NCBI GenBank assembly: GCA_024626585.2
Contig: JANKJI020000002.1
Coordinates: 127,128,457-127,148,378 of the forward strand
Direction: 5' to 3'
Origin: Ginkgo biloba
Taxonomy: Eukaryota; Plantae; Ginkgophyta
DNA length: 19,922 bases
The stretch's first letter is position 1, and every line of letters starts with the position of its first letter. A program made the translations under genes and the position numbers. Of this stretch, positions 1-10,051 are shown one piece after another. The notes beneath the pieces were generated by a model. The model was not told the origin of the DNA. It did not search any database and saw nothing but the letters and a program-made list of their open reading frames with translations.

Positions 1-232
1 GACCTTAGCTAATGCCACTACCTATCTCTTCAATTGTTGCATTTCTAAATGGTGACTAGTTCTTATTTTGGTTAACTCATGGGTTTGTTGGTGGTAGATG
101 TCTTTTAGGTTCGAGTCTTTTTCACTAAATTGTTTGTTTATCTCATTAGACTAAACTTGTAATTCTTTCCCTATGGAAAAGGGAGAGAAAGGAAAGAAGG
201 GTTGTGGATGGAGGAAAGGGAGTGGTGACAAT

Positions 233-720
233 GCTATAAACGAGGTGGGGCAGAGGTGACATAGGAAGATATGGGAGGGTGCATCACTTGAAAGTGATGG
301 TAGGTGATAGGGTTAATGGGAGAGTGTGTCACTTGAAAGTGATAGTAGGTGACAGGGTTAATGGGAGAGTGATGTGAAATGAGGGGAGTGAGTGGATGGA
401 GGACAGGGAGTAACAATGGTGGGATAAATGAAGTTGGGCATGGGTGACATAGGGAGGGACAAGATGAACATTCCTTAGAAGTTATGCTTGACATTGGGTT
501 CAACAAAAGGGATGATGAGGTTTAACTAATGGATAAGGGACACAAAGAATGGGGGGAGTGGGTGAGTAGAGGTAAATGAGTCATGCCAATGAGATAAATG
601 AGGTGGGATAGGGCTGTGTAGGGAGAGATGGAAGGGCATGTTGCCTAGAAGTGACATCCAGTAGGGCTATGATGGGTCAACGAGAGGGTTTAGAGGGATG
701 ATGAGGTTTAACCAACGGGA
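233..720. repeat. Purine-rich degenerate repeat region containing a 45-bp tandem repeat (271-371, ~2.2 copies)
   Basis: tcacttgaaagtgatRgtaggtgaYagggttaatgggagagtg starts at 284 and 329 (offset 45). A looser ataaaYgaRgtKggg...ataggga/ataggaa motif recurs near 236, 424 and 594, and agggatgatgaggtttaac occurs at ~508 and ~694. Confidence 0.8.
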
Positions 721-914
721 GTTGAACGAGCAAAATGAGGGAGTGGGTGGATCATATATGGTCAAGTGTATTGATTTTATAGAATTGATTCAATTGTAAA
801 TAATAATGTAATCAAACATGGTTCATACATTAGCTATTTAGAATCATTAAATTGAAATGGTACTTGGTTGGAATGCCTTTTAATCACATTATAATTGTGT
901 TTAATATTAATCAG

Positions 915-1012
915 GGCTAATATGGAGGTGTTCGACCAATGGAAGGCTGCATGGTGTATTGGCTCTGTGTTCCCTGCCCCTCAACTCATAACTGGCCCCT
1001 CGGCTGAAATTT
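915..1012 (+). other. Isolated 98-bp exon candidate (ANMEVFDQWKAAWCIGSVFPAPQLITGPSAEI); possibly from a transposon-associated plant mobile domain (PMD)-like gene
   Basis: GC-richer island bounded by taatcag| and |gtgagt, with AT/T-rich intron-like flanks and one stop-free frame. The PMD resemblance (LIxG...E spacing) is a weak impression only. Confidence 0.35.
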
Positions 1013-1073
1013 GTGAGTTTTGTCTTTCTTGCCAACTTGTGTGTGTTTATGAGCTTTTTGTTTTTTGTTATTT

Positions 1074-3240
1074 TTATTCTATTTTCCTTTTAATATATTT
1101 CCAACATTTCATTTTGTTAGAATGCTTTTTTTGAACTCTAGAATAAAGATTACATTGGGGTAGTTGATAATAAATTATGGAAAACATTCTTATAAAACCA
1201 GTTGATACCAAAAATTGGACATAATCCATAGTTGATAATAACATTAGTCTTTGCAACCCTAGAATGAACATTGGGCAATTCAACTTGGTTAGGGTAGAAG
1301 GATTGGAAAAAAGTTTTCTTCTTGTTACTATATATGATTATCTACACCTTTGGTTTAGGCTCACATGTGTAAAACATGCAATTGGGGGAGGAAGTGAGTC
1401 CATTTTATCACAATATGCATGCTTCTTTTCATATAAGATTGCAACTAAACAATCTGTCCAAGAAAGTACTACTTGGAACCATAGTTAGTACAACATAAAT
1501 ATGAAATTTAAAGAAGGTACAAAGAGTATGTGTAAAAATACATTAAGATACAAATAATAGAATAGAAACCTTAAAATATATTTGATAATTAAGACTATAT
1601 AATGTAAAGTGCTAATTTAATTACTATGTATGATTCTAGATTCTTCTTCCAAAGATGAATCTCTTATTACCCATCTCATTCTTCAATTCCAACCTCCTCA
1701 TCCAACTCTTTATGATCTAAATTTGATTTATATAAAAAGAATAAAAGAATGTTTGATTTGTCTTCTCTCATTTCAAAAATAAAAGAATGAGTAGAAACTC
1801 ATTCTTTAGCTATTTCTACGTTTCTAACTTGTCTCCTACTTTTTGTGTGTTTATCTTGTTGTCCGTGTTATTGTTGTCTCATTCTTGTTTGTGTTTTGTT
1901 GTCTTCTTCTCTATCTATTGTTGTTCACGTTTTCCAACTACAGTGTGTTGTTTGTCATTTTTTACACTGTGAATTTAGTTTCTCTCTCCCCTTCTTCCTC
2001 TCTCTTTTCATCCCCTTCTCCCTTTTTCTAAATCCATGTTGGATTGAAGGCAACATTAGGTTGTGACACTAGATAGTTTAGACAAGTTCCATAGGAGAGA
2101 TGTAGGCAAGGAGGGCGTATGCATGAGAAAATAAATTAAACATGAACAAAGTTTAAATAAATCTTAGGAAATGTAAAATATGTGCAACAATAGGGTTGAC
2201 CCATCCAACAATCAACACGACCTAGTATGTGAACTTATATGGGAAGCCATAAAAGTACTAAATCACATAAACATTTTTAAAACATAAAATAATGTGACTA
2301 TGGTTGGAACTATGCAAGTGCCGAATAAGATTATTTGTAGGTTGAAGTATATATCTTGTTCTCTTCTACATACTTTCTAAGGTTTTGATATATTTATGTC
2401 TTTGTGGATGCATAATTGAGTCTATACTCTTGTTTCTTTTAAGATTGTCAATGAGTAATGGGTGATAGGTGCAAATTTGCCTTGTTGTTATGTTTTCCAA
2501 GTCATTCTTATTATAAGACAAACATAGCTCTCACATTATATAATAGTTTTGTTCAAAGTTCCATAGACCTTTAGGTCTTGAGGGAACCAATAAATTATCA
2601 CAACCATTTTCATATTCCAAGAAGCAAGGGAATCACTTTATACCTTCTTCATGTACGAGGCCCATTGTGTTTACCTCTTTTTAAGGGAGCTATTCTTGCA
2701 CCAATGACACATGGTGTCTAAATATGCTTAGAGCAAGGAATATTTCATTGTACATTATAGCATGAAACCGTTTTATAGCATATTTTTCCTATTTCTCGCA
2801 GTTTCTTTCTAAGCGAAACATTTCATTCTTAGTTGAACTTTGAAATTTGTTGCTTTTGAAATCCCAAATCTCAAAATTTTTATATGTCATTTAAATTTTA
2901 TGTTTATCTAGTATTAAACTTGATAATTGATTAAACATTCATAAAACAACCGAATCTACAATAGAAAATTCAAGATTATAAATATTGGGCACATTTATTT
3001 TCTAGATTTTTAAGTTATATGGGCATTTCGCACTGGGTTTTTACAAATTTTCACAAAACATGTTTTGAATGTTTCTACCTTAGTGAAAATTTGGCATTTG
3101 ACGAAACCAATGCAATTATGCCATTGTATCATTCTTTCGTTAAACTATTTAATTTGTTAGTGGACAAAAGTGTCTCAAATCTTGAAGACATTGACCATCA
3201 ACCTAGTTTGTTAGATGAAAGACTCAATGCCTTCGTAGAC
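1074..3240 (-). pseudogene. Decayed multi-exon gene of unknown function; exons ~3240-3079, 2808-~2298, ~2118-1803, 1716-1625, 1471-~1074
   Basis: Exon 1 STKALSLSSNKLG*WSMSSRFETLLSTNKLNSLTKE*YNGIIALVSSNAKFSL ends ag|gtagaa (phase 2) and joins ttag|a to give R-KKLREIGKICYK/RFHAIMYNEIFLALSIFRHHVSLVQE*LP*KEVNTMGLVHEEGIK*FPCFLEYENG. Exons 3-4 are E/K/D/Q-rich. The exon 4 donor a|gtaatt (phase 1) fits the exon 5 acceptor, which has TACTAAC at 1490-1484. Exon 5 reads VLSWTDCLVAILYEKKHAYCDKMDSLPPPIACFTHVSLNQRCR*SYIVTRRKLFSNPSTLTKLNCP. Stops and frameshifts are present, and the exon 2/3 boundaries are approximate. Confidence 0.65.
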
Positions 3241-3250
3241 NNNNNNNNNN

Positions 3251-5227
3251 TACTTGGACCTTAGGCCTTATCATCAACTTTTTCACTTCCTTGGGGTATA
3301 GCCTTATAATTAACTTTTTCACTTCCTTAGGGTATTATCGACCTTGGATGATAGTAGAGGTACTCTAACTGTTGACTAATAGGGTGTCCTAGTTGTGGAG
3401 CCCACTATTAGCATTAAGTTAGTACACAAACATGAGGATTATCATGAATCAATTGTAGGACACTATAGATTCATTACACAAAGATCAAGACACGCAATAT
3501 GGGGTATATCCCTCATCTATTATCCATTAATCACAATACGTGGTATAATTGTCTAGGTTAAGCCTCTCACACTTAACCCTAGATGATTGCTCTTGACACT
3601 CATCTCACAACATCATTCTTTGTTACGTCATTGCCAATCACCAGTTCAACCATGGAGAAGAGGCCTAGTAAGACATATCCTAAGTCAACCATGAGAAGTG
3701 GGCCCTTAGATTCCTTAAAATATCCTCCAAGGAGCAAGGACGTCTCAAAGAGAAGGTTCACTTATGAAGCAAGTATTGTGATATTAGGTGTTGGCTCAAC
3801 CTAATGGTGGGACCATTAGAAGAGAGAAAATTAGCTCAACCCAAGGCGCCACCTATCAGAGGCTAAATTATGGAGACCTAGTGAATCTCTGGAAGGAAGT
3901 TGTTTCTTTTCTAAGGTTGTTTTGCTAATTCTAGACTATGCATATGTGCAATTGTGCATTAACTGTCCATACAATCTAACACTATGCCAAAACCTATACC
4001 TGCATTGTGTCACACATTTATCGTAGGCATTACTTCCCAGATCTTGGAAAAGTGATGTTTTTTCTTGAGGAGGCTTTTACAACCTCTAAAGAACTCAGAT
4101 CATTAAAGGGAGTGCCCTAAAAAGATATGTAATAATCAGCCTCACTTTATATTTATTGTTTTCTATAGTTCTATTATATTTTCACCTAGTCTAAATTTGT
4201 ATGCATGGTTTTATATGCACTTATATGGGCATGTAATCCCTATAATTCTAGATTTATAGTCTCTATAATGAGGTTTCCTTAGTCAAAGGGTCTATTCATG
4301 CATTATGTGGTTGCTTTTGCCAATGTTTATAATTAAGGTTTGATAGGGTTCATTGGCCATATGTTATTTTTAAGAGTTAAACCCTAGGAACCAATCATTG
4401 GTGGCTTGTATGAGCATGGTAATCATTATGAGGATTTCATGTTCATGGTTATATGCATTTATTGGTCTAGCTAGGGATGGTACTAGTAATATATCCCTTG
4501 TATGAGCAATTTTTAGACTAAGCATCCTAGGGCTTTCCGACTAGAGTAGGACTAACACTCTGAGAACTCTAGAGATTTTTCTATGCTATGGAATGTGATA
4601 GCACCCATAGTGGTTTGTTATTCTTAACTGACCAACACTATTATTTCTCACTTGGTATTTAGTGCAGTCAGTATGCCCAAGTGCATGGGCTATTAAGAGG
4701 AAGAGTCTCTCAATTGATTAGAGAGATGACCCTAGTGCCAAAGATGGGCTTGTGATTTGACCCCCTAACACTCTTCCTAGTTATAGGCGTGGAATCAAAT
4801 GGTGAGGTTTTTTGGGGTTTAGTTAGCATTTATTAGGCCAAATATTTGTATTGGTAGCTATGGTTAAGACGTCAATGGTGTTATTCATGGCCAACAATGG
4901 GTGTTTGTGCATGCCATCAACCCTATCCTTTTCCCTTGGTAGTATAACCCTTGAGTATTGCATGCTTGCATGATTGATGAATTGATTTAATATGAATGAA
5001 TATTTCCTATTTATATGTCATTCATGCCGAATTATTAATTTTGGTAAACTTATGCGCAGTTGATTCTAGATACATACTTATTCCTTCTATTCATTTATAT
5101 CAACTTGTGCACTATGATTCAATATGCATATTGTTTAATTATTTATTCATGTTATTTTATGTTCAATGCATTTTTAAGAGAATTCATATATAGATTAGCA
5201 TTTAGGACCTATGGTGGGATTGTTATA
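3251..5227 (+). mobile_element. Probable 5' LTR (3' portion) of a Ty3/gypsy element; 5' boundary unresolved
   Basis: Non-coding stretch ending gggattgttata (5227, read as a decayed ...TTACA LTR end), directly followed by a PBS-like site and a gag relic. A possible start tgtaatccc lies at 4232, but the LTR may extend to the gap at 3241-3250. Confidence 0.5.
3265..3335. repeat. 36-bp tandem duplication (2 copies)
   Basis: gccttatcatcaactttttcacttccttggggtata (3265) versus gccttataattaactttttcacttccttagggtatt (3301). Confidence 0.9.
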
Positions 5228-5232
5228 GAACT

Positions 5233-5249
5233 TTGTATCAGAGATCAGG
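5233..5249 (+). promoter_or_regulatory. Degenerate tRNA-iMet primer binding site
   Basis: ttgtatcagagatcagg versus the plant iMet PBS tggtatcagagccagg (10/12 over the core); lies 5 bp after the LTR end and just before gag. Confidence 0.65.
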
Positions 5250-5262
5250 GAGAATAGATTCT

Positions 5263-5375
5263 ATGACGGAATCTAAGATACTACAGAAGTTAGAGGTTAG
5301 AGATATGGGATAATAGAAGAAATGATGGAATCTAAGATCCTACCAAAGTTGGAGGCCATGGATATTGATATAAGG
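5263..5375 (+). repeat. 59-bp tandem duplication covering the gag start codon
   Basis: atgacggaatctaagatactacagaagttagagg (5263) versus atgatggaatctaagatcctaccaaagttggagg (5322). Confidence 0.8.
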
Positions 5376-5686
5376 AAATTAAAGGAGGAAAATCAAACTC
5401 TAATCAACCCTCTTGAGAGTTATGAAAGGAGAAAACAAGAATTGTGCCAAGTAGAAGTTACATAATTATTCGTAGAGGAAGAAGTTGAATCTCAATAAGA
5501 AGAAGAAGAGGAAGAGGAAATTAAGAAAGAATTCGAGGAAGAAGGGCCAAAGTGTAAGAAATGTAAGAAAGATTGTGAATTGTTGTAGAATGTGAAGTAG
5601 TTTAGAAACATGCAAATTTTGGATTTTGATGGAACAACTCTTGGAACCTCCTTCCAAGCATGGGTAAGATTCGTAGAAATTTTCTT
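5322..5686 (+). pseudogene. gag: Ty3/gypsy gag N-terminal relic, truncated by a gap
   Basis: Single frame MMESKILPKLEAMDIDIRKLKEENQTL...EEEEEEEIKKEFEEEG...FRNMQILDFDGTTLGTSFQAWVRFVEIF with four stops. FxxxxxxxFDG....xxAWxxxxExxF is the typical start of the retrotransposon gag capsid domain. Confidence 0.8.
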
Positions 5687-7606
5687 NNNNNNNNNNNNNN
5701 NNNNNNNNNNNNNNNNNNNNNNNNNNNNNNNNNNNNNNNNNNNNNNNNNNNNNNNNNNNNNNNNNNNNNNNNNNNNNNNNNNNNNNATGAATAATTGCTA
5801 AATGGACATTGGATTGTTTTCTAATTTGTTTGAAGACTAGTAATTACAACTCTCTCTATATAGAGATAGATAGATAGATATTTGTTTAGTTTTTAAGCCC
5901 CCTATTTGTCATATATTAATTTTATTTATTTATATATTCATTGCTGTTAATAAAACAATGAGAGGATAGCAACCCATTGGGCAGTGTCGTAGCTTCCAAC
6001 TTTCTAGAAATAGTAACGGACAAACAAATGAGAGCACATGCTTCCACTTTATGAAAGAAACGAAATTGAAAATGAAACTAATTAATGTACACTAATGACC
6101 AGAAAACAGTCATTGAGACTAAATGGTACTGGCAAGTGGTTCTTATTCAAGGGAGTGCTTCCAGCAACATCAAATCTAAGAGAAAAAGGATAGTAAATAT
6201 GACAAAACAGCTCCGCATTGGAGAAATTAAAAACTGAGATACTTAATAAAAACAATGGAGTGAATACATGGATTTATACTTATATGGTGACTGCGAAGCA
6301 CTACCTTGGAACAACTGAGACATTTTTTATTTGCTTCATTAAGGGAGATGCAGATCACATCCATCTTTCTTGAAGCAAGTTATTTTGGACTTGCCATGCT
6401 ATTCACTATAGTTGGTTCAAACTGCTTTTGCAATAAGGTGTGGGCGCAATAAACCCATTTGCTGTCATCAAGTTGAAGTGGTTCTTTTGCTATGAATTGT
6501 GCCTCTTAAGCATGTTTGTGGATAATTCATGGGCTACAAATATGTGGTGATTTTCTTGGGAATCATTGTTTATTGTTTAACCAATATATCCTCTTTCCTA
6601 AGTTTTACCGATTCAAATTGAAGTCTAGAAAGAATTATATTTTTGACTTACTATATGCTTCTGCAGTGGGTCCTCTTCTATTTGATCGGGTTGGAGATCC
6701 TTTATCATTGTTGCCTACAGGCTGCAAACTGGATCGTTTTGTAGATACATGTTCAAGTCCCAACATTGTAAGTTTGATTTATGTTCTTTGTTAATTCTTA
6801 TTACAGTCTTGGGTTGCAAAGTAACCTTTAAGATATCTCTGATCTATTGATTTGAGTAGGCCTTTATCCATATGAATGTTTTCAACCTTATGCATTCAAA
6901 AACATAACTGCTNNNNNNNNNNNNNNNNNNNNNNNNNNNNNNNNNNNNNNNNNNNNNNNNNNNNNNNNNNNNNNNNNNNNNNNNNNNNNNNNNNNNNNNN
7001 NNNNNNNNNNNNGAACATATAAAGACAGTGTCAAAGGCAACCTCTAAAATTAAGGATCTAATCATAAACACTGTTAGGATTGATGTCAATTATGACAAGT
7101 GCATAACGGCCAAGGAAAGTGGGAAGGAGTCATTTACATAACCTCCTTTAGTCACCTTAGAAGTACAAGTGATCCTAATACACAAGAGTATTTGAATTTC
7201 TCATGCCATGTCATTTGCCATCACATGAACCAACTCAAGCCCACTGCATATTTTTTTTTGTAGCTTGAAGAATTCTATTTTGAAAACAAATTATAAAAGA
7301 AACTATTTATTGCATTTACATAGAGGGTTGATTTGAATTTTGTCTCTAACTTTCCTTGAGATCAATAATGCTTTGAAACTAAGCTTTATTAACAGAACCA
7401 CTTCTATAATATAGTGGATCATCAAAGAAATGAATAGCACTCATCCCTAAAAAGATGAGGAGAGAAAAGGCCACAAAAAGATTACACATTAAGAACCCAA
7501 ATCTGCGTTAGTATCAATTCTGCCTTAATTTTGCAGCAGCGACAATATTTGCAAAATTATGGTCAATACAGGTTATTGCAGTAAAACACACACATAGTAG
7601 AATACT

Positions 7607-7620
7607 TGGCTCTGTAACCA
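7607..7620 (-). promoter_or_regulatory. tRNA-iMet primer binding site of a minus-strand LTR element
   Basis: Reverse complement tggttacagagcca versus tggtatcagagcca (12/14); a TG terminus (tgaaagac) follows at 7627. Confidence 0.65.
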
Positions 7621-7626
7621 CTTTTA

Positions 7627-8351
7627 TGAAAGACTTCTTAACACACAATTATAAAGTAAATAAACACAAAACTGTGGAAATGCACACAAACCATACGCGA
7701 TGGCAACAGAAAGAAAGAATTAATACAAGCATGCAAGCATGATCAAAAGGAGTGCTTAGAACATCTCCACACTGCATGTAAGTTAAAGGAATGCTTACAA
7801 CATCTTCACACTGCAAGTAAGTCAAAAGAGTGCTGTTATGAACCTTCCTCAGAAATTCAGAGAAAAGAAGATAACCTTTGTATAATAAAAAAATATCAGT
7901 TCACCTTAGGAAAAATGGGCAGAAAGATACATTAAGATGGCTCTATTCCAGACAAAAACAGCAATGCATAATCTGATATCTCGACACCAAAGGATCCTAT
8001 TGAGATCCAAACTCAGGCGGCCCTTATTATTACAACAGACCTTCCATACAAGTTCATGCTTGTAAAGAAGCCTTAAGAATTGAAAAGAAAGAGAGCAGAT
8101 AGGAAGAAGACAGAGTAGAAACAGGTCAGTGCAGATGCGCGTGTCCCCAGCGATTTGTAGAGGGAATCACACTCCCAAGTACCCACAAAGAGGGTGCCTC
8201 GAAATACCCACAGAGAGGGCGGTTCCAAAAGACTGTCTTTCTGTAAAAATTCAAAACTTCTACATCCCCGTTTAAGAGTAGAGAGCAGCTTTTATAAAAA
8301 TCCGCTGACTATTAACAGCCACTTCGATTTGGGATGATTTCCCTTTGGCAG
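7627..8351 (-). mobile_element. LTR sequence in minus orientation, possibly two nested LTRs joined at 7834
   Basis: Starts with TG next to the PBS, is non-coding, and contains internal repeats (39-bp array; tacccacaRagaggg twice near 8180-8220). Runs into a gap. Confidence 0.5.
7745..7834. repeat. 39-bp tandem repeat, 2.3 copies
   Basis: Unit ~aaaggaRtgcttaSaacatctYcacactgcaWgtaagt; tgct anchors at 7753, 7792 and 7831. Confidence 0.9.
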
Positions 8352-8443
8352 NNNNNNNNNNNNNNNNNNNNNNNNNNNNNNNTATTGAACCCAGCTAACT
8401 ATTTTGACTTCTCTCTTTGAATTTGAATTTCAGTTCATGCCCG

Positions 8444-8554
8444 TAACATCATTGGCGGTTGCTTTGATTGTCTGGTTGGCAGCTGTTTCAATCTCCCACT
8501 AACCTCATTGGCGGTTGCTTTGATTGCCTATTTGGCAGTCGTTTCAATCTCCCA
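8444..8554. repeat. 56-bp tandem repeat, 2 copies
   Basis: taacMtcattggcggttgctttgattgYct..ttggcag..gtttcaatctccca at 8444 and 8500. Confidence 0.95.
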
Positions 8555-8694
8555 GAGTTTGCTTGCTCTGACTTCCTAGTTGTTGTTTGCAGGANNNNNN
8601 NNNNNNNNNNNNNNNNNNNNNNNNNNNNNNNNNNNNNNNNNNNNNNNNNNNNNNNNNNNNNNNNNNNNNNNNNNNNNNNNNNNNNNNNNNNNNN

Positions 8695-8996
8695 TAGCCT
8701 AAGATTTCACCATGCTTCATAGCTTGTGACTCCATATACAAATGTAAGTCGTCTTCTTGTAAGACAACAAGTTTTTGAGCACTTTGAATTGAGTCCCATT
8801 TTAAGGGATCAAACATTGTAATTGTGGACAGTAGCTCCAATTCCTCAGTTGTTTTAAATGAGAATTTGAATCTATTATAATTGTGACCATCGCCTATAAA
8901 TGTGAAATTTTGAATTATGTTTAATTTTTAATTTTAAATTTGCTTCCAGTATACATATTCTCGGGTTTTGGATCATATTTTGGTATCAAAGCTAGG
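8695..8996 (+). mobile_element. 3' end of a 5' LTR plus tRNA-iMet PBS (8981-8996); internal region lost after ~9070
   Basis: tggtatcaaagctagg versus tggtatcagagccagg (14/16), a few bases after ...ttttggatca/cata. No gag follows; an opposite-strand pol fragment ends at 9089. Confidence 0.7.
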
Positions 8997-9088
8997 CTTT
9001 CTCGAGTGCATTACTAGGAAGAATTCCAACTAGAAATCTGGCAAGCAAAATTTAGACTAAGCTATGCAACACTATTATTGTTGTTTGC

Positions 9089-9751
9089 CTAGCGAATCAT
9101 GGGCAAAGCATCTGCTGCCACATTTTGCTTTCCTTTCTTGTCCATTGCTTTTGGAGAGAATTCCTCAAACACCAAAGGCCATCTATACAACTGTGAAGTC
9201 AATTTGCCTGATAGTGGAAAGTAAGTTAGGGGCTTATGGTTAGTAATCACCTCAAACACATTGCTCTTTAAGTAATACTTCCAAAGTTTGATGGTGTGGA
9301 TGATAACCAAAAGGTCTTATTGTAGATGGGGTTCCTCGGCTCCTATGGATTTATTTTTTGGCTTGCATTTGAAATTACATTTCCACCATGCATGAATGGC
9401 ATGCCTACTAGCATCTGTGTGTATTATGCTTAGATGGATCTACTAGTGTTTTGTTTGGGGCCTCAATGAATTTTTGTCGTAGTAATTCAAAACTCTATTG
9501 ATGCTTTTTTTAACACACAAACTGACTCTTCTTCTTAAAACAAATCTATTAAACATACAACTATTTTGGCAAAGCCTAAAACAAATTATTGAGAAAAAAA
9601 TACAAGGCCAAGAAAACCTTAACCTCATGAATATTTGGCGAACTAGGCCAATTTTTAACAACTTCTATTTCCTGACCATCAATAGGTATACGTTTTCCAT
9701 TAACAATGTGGCCGAGATATTCCCTTTGATGCTTAAAAAATTCAACACATT
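9089..9751 (-). pseudogene. pol: Ty3/gypsy pol relic: RT C-terminus, connection and RNase H
   Basis: With frameshifts: KCVEFFKHQREYLGHIVNGKRIPIDGQEIEVVKNWPSSPNIHEVKVF-GL...FVLGFAKIV...SFELLRQKFIEAP...DPSK-IHTDASRHAI...DLLVIIHTIKLWKYYLKSNVFEVITNHKPL...KKGKQNVAADAL. This matches the gypsy YLGH, TDAS, ELLA, TDHK and NVVADALSR motifs in order. Confidence 0.93.
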
Positions 9752-9945
9752 NNNNNNNNNNNNNNNNNNNNNNNNNNNNNNNNNNNNNNNNNNNNNNNNN
9801 NNNNNNNNNNNNNNNNNNNNNNNNNNNNNNNNNNNNNNNNNNNNNNNNNNNATCTTCATTAAATGCTCATAAATAGTAGTACATTATTATTTAATGCTAT
9901 CTTAGTCTATCACACTAAGATCAGCATTAAATGTTATTTTATGTC

Positions 9946-10029
9946 ATTAATACTCGACTCTCACACTAGGATTTGCGATTAATACTCAGCTCTCACACTT
10001 AGATATATCATTAATACTTGGCTCACACT
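9946..10029. repeat. 32-bp tandem array (~2.6 copies, plus a diverged copy near 9899-9930)
   Basis: attaatact...ctcacact at 9946, 9978 and 10010 (period 32, so not frame-preserving). Confidence 0.9.
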
Positions 10030-10051
10030 GTTTTCTAGGGTAATAATGAAC

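Noticed and set aside
234-506. 90-aa P/H/S-rich ORF in the track
   Set aside because: A by-product of the C-rich strand of the purine-rich repeat; the peptide simply repeats the 45-bp unit.
1787-2066. Three overlapping hydrophobic plus-strand ORFs that look like membrane peptides
   Set aside because: Antisense shadows of the A/G-rich charged exon on the minus strand; T/C-rich DNA lacks stops in all frames.
5851-5880. (TC)n-(TA)n-(GATA)n run with palindrome tctctatatagaga
   Set aside because: A short compound microsatellite; the symmetry follows from low complexity.
9498-9872. 124-aa plus-strand ORF (longest in the track)
   Set aside because: Antisense to the gypsy RT relic and inflated by a 100-N gap.
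9946-10029. CRISPR-like look of the 32-bp array (conserved part plus variable part)
   Set aside because: The variable parts are only ~10 bp and related to each other, there are no cas genes, and the context is eukaryotic TE DNA; it is an ordinary tandem repeat.
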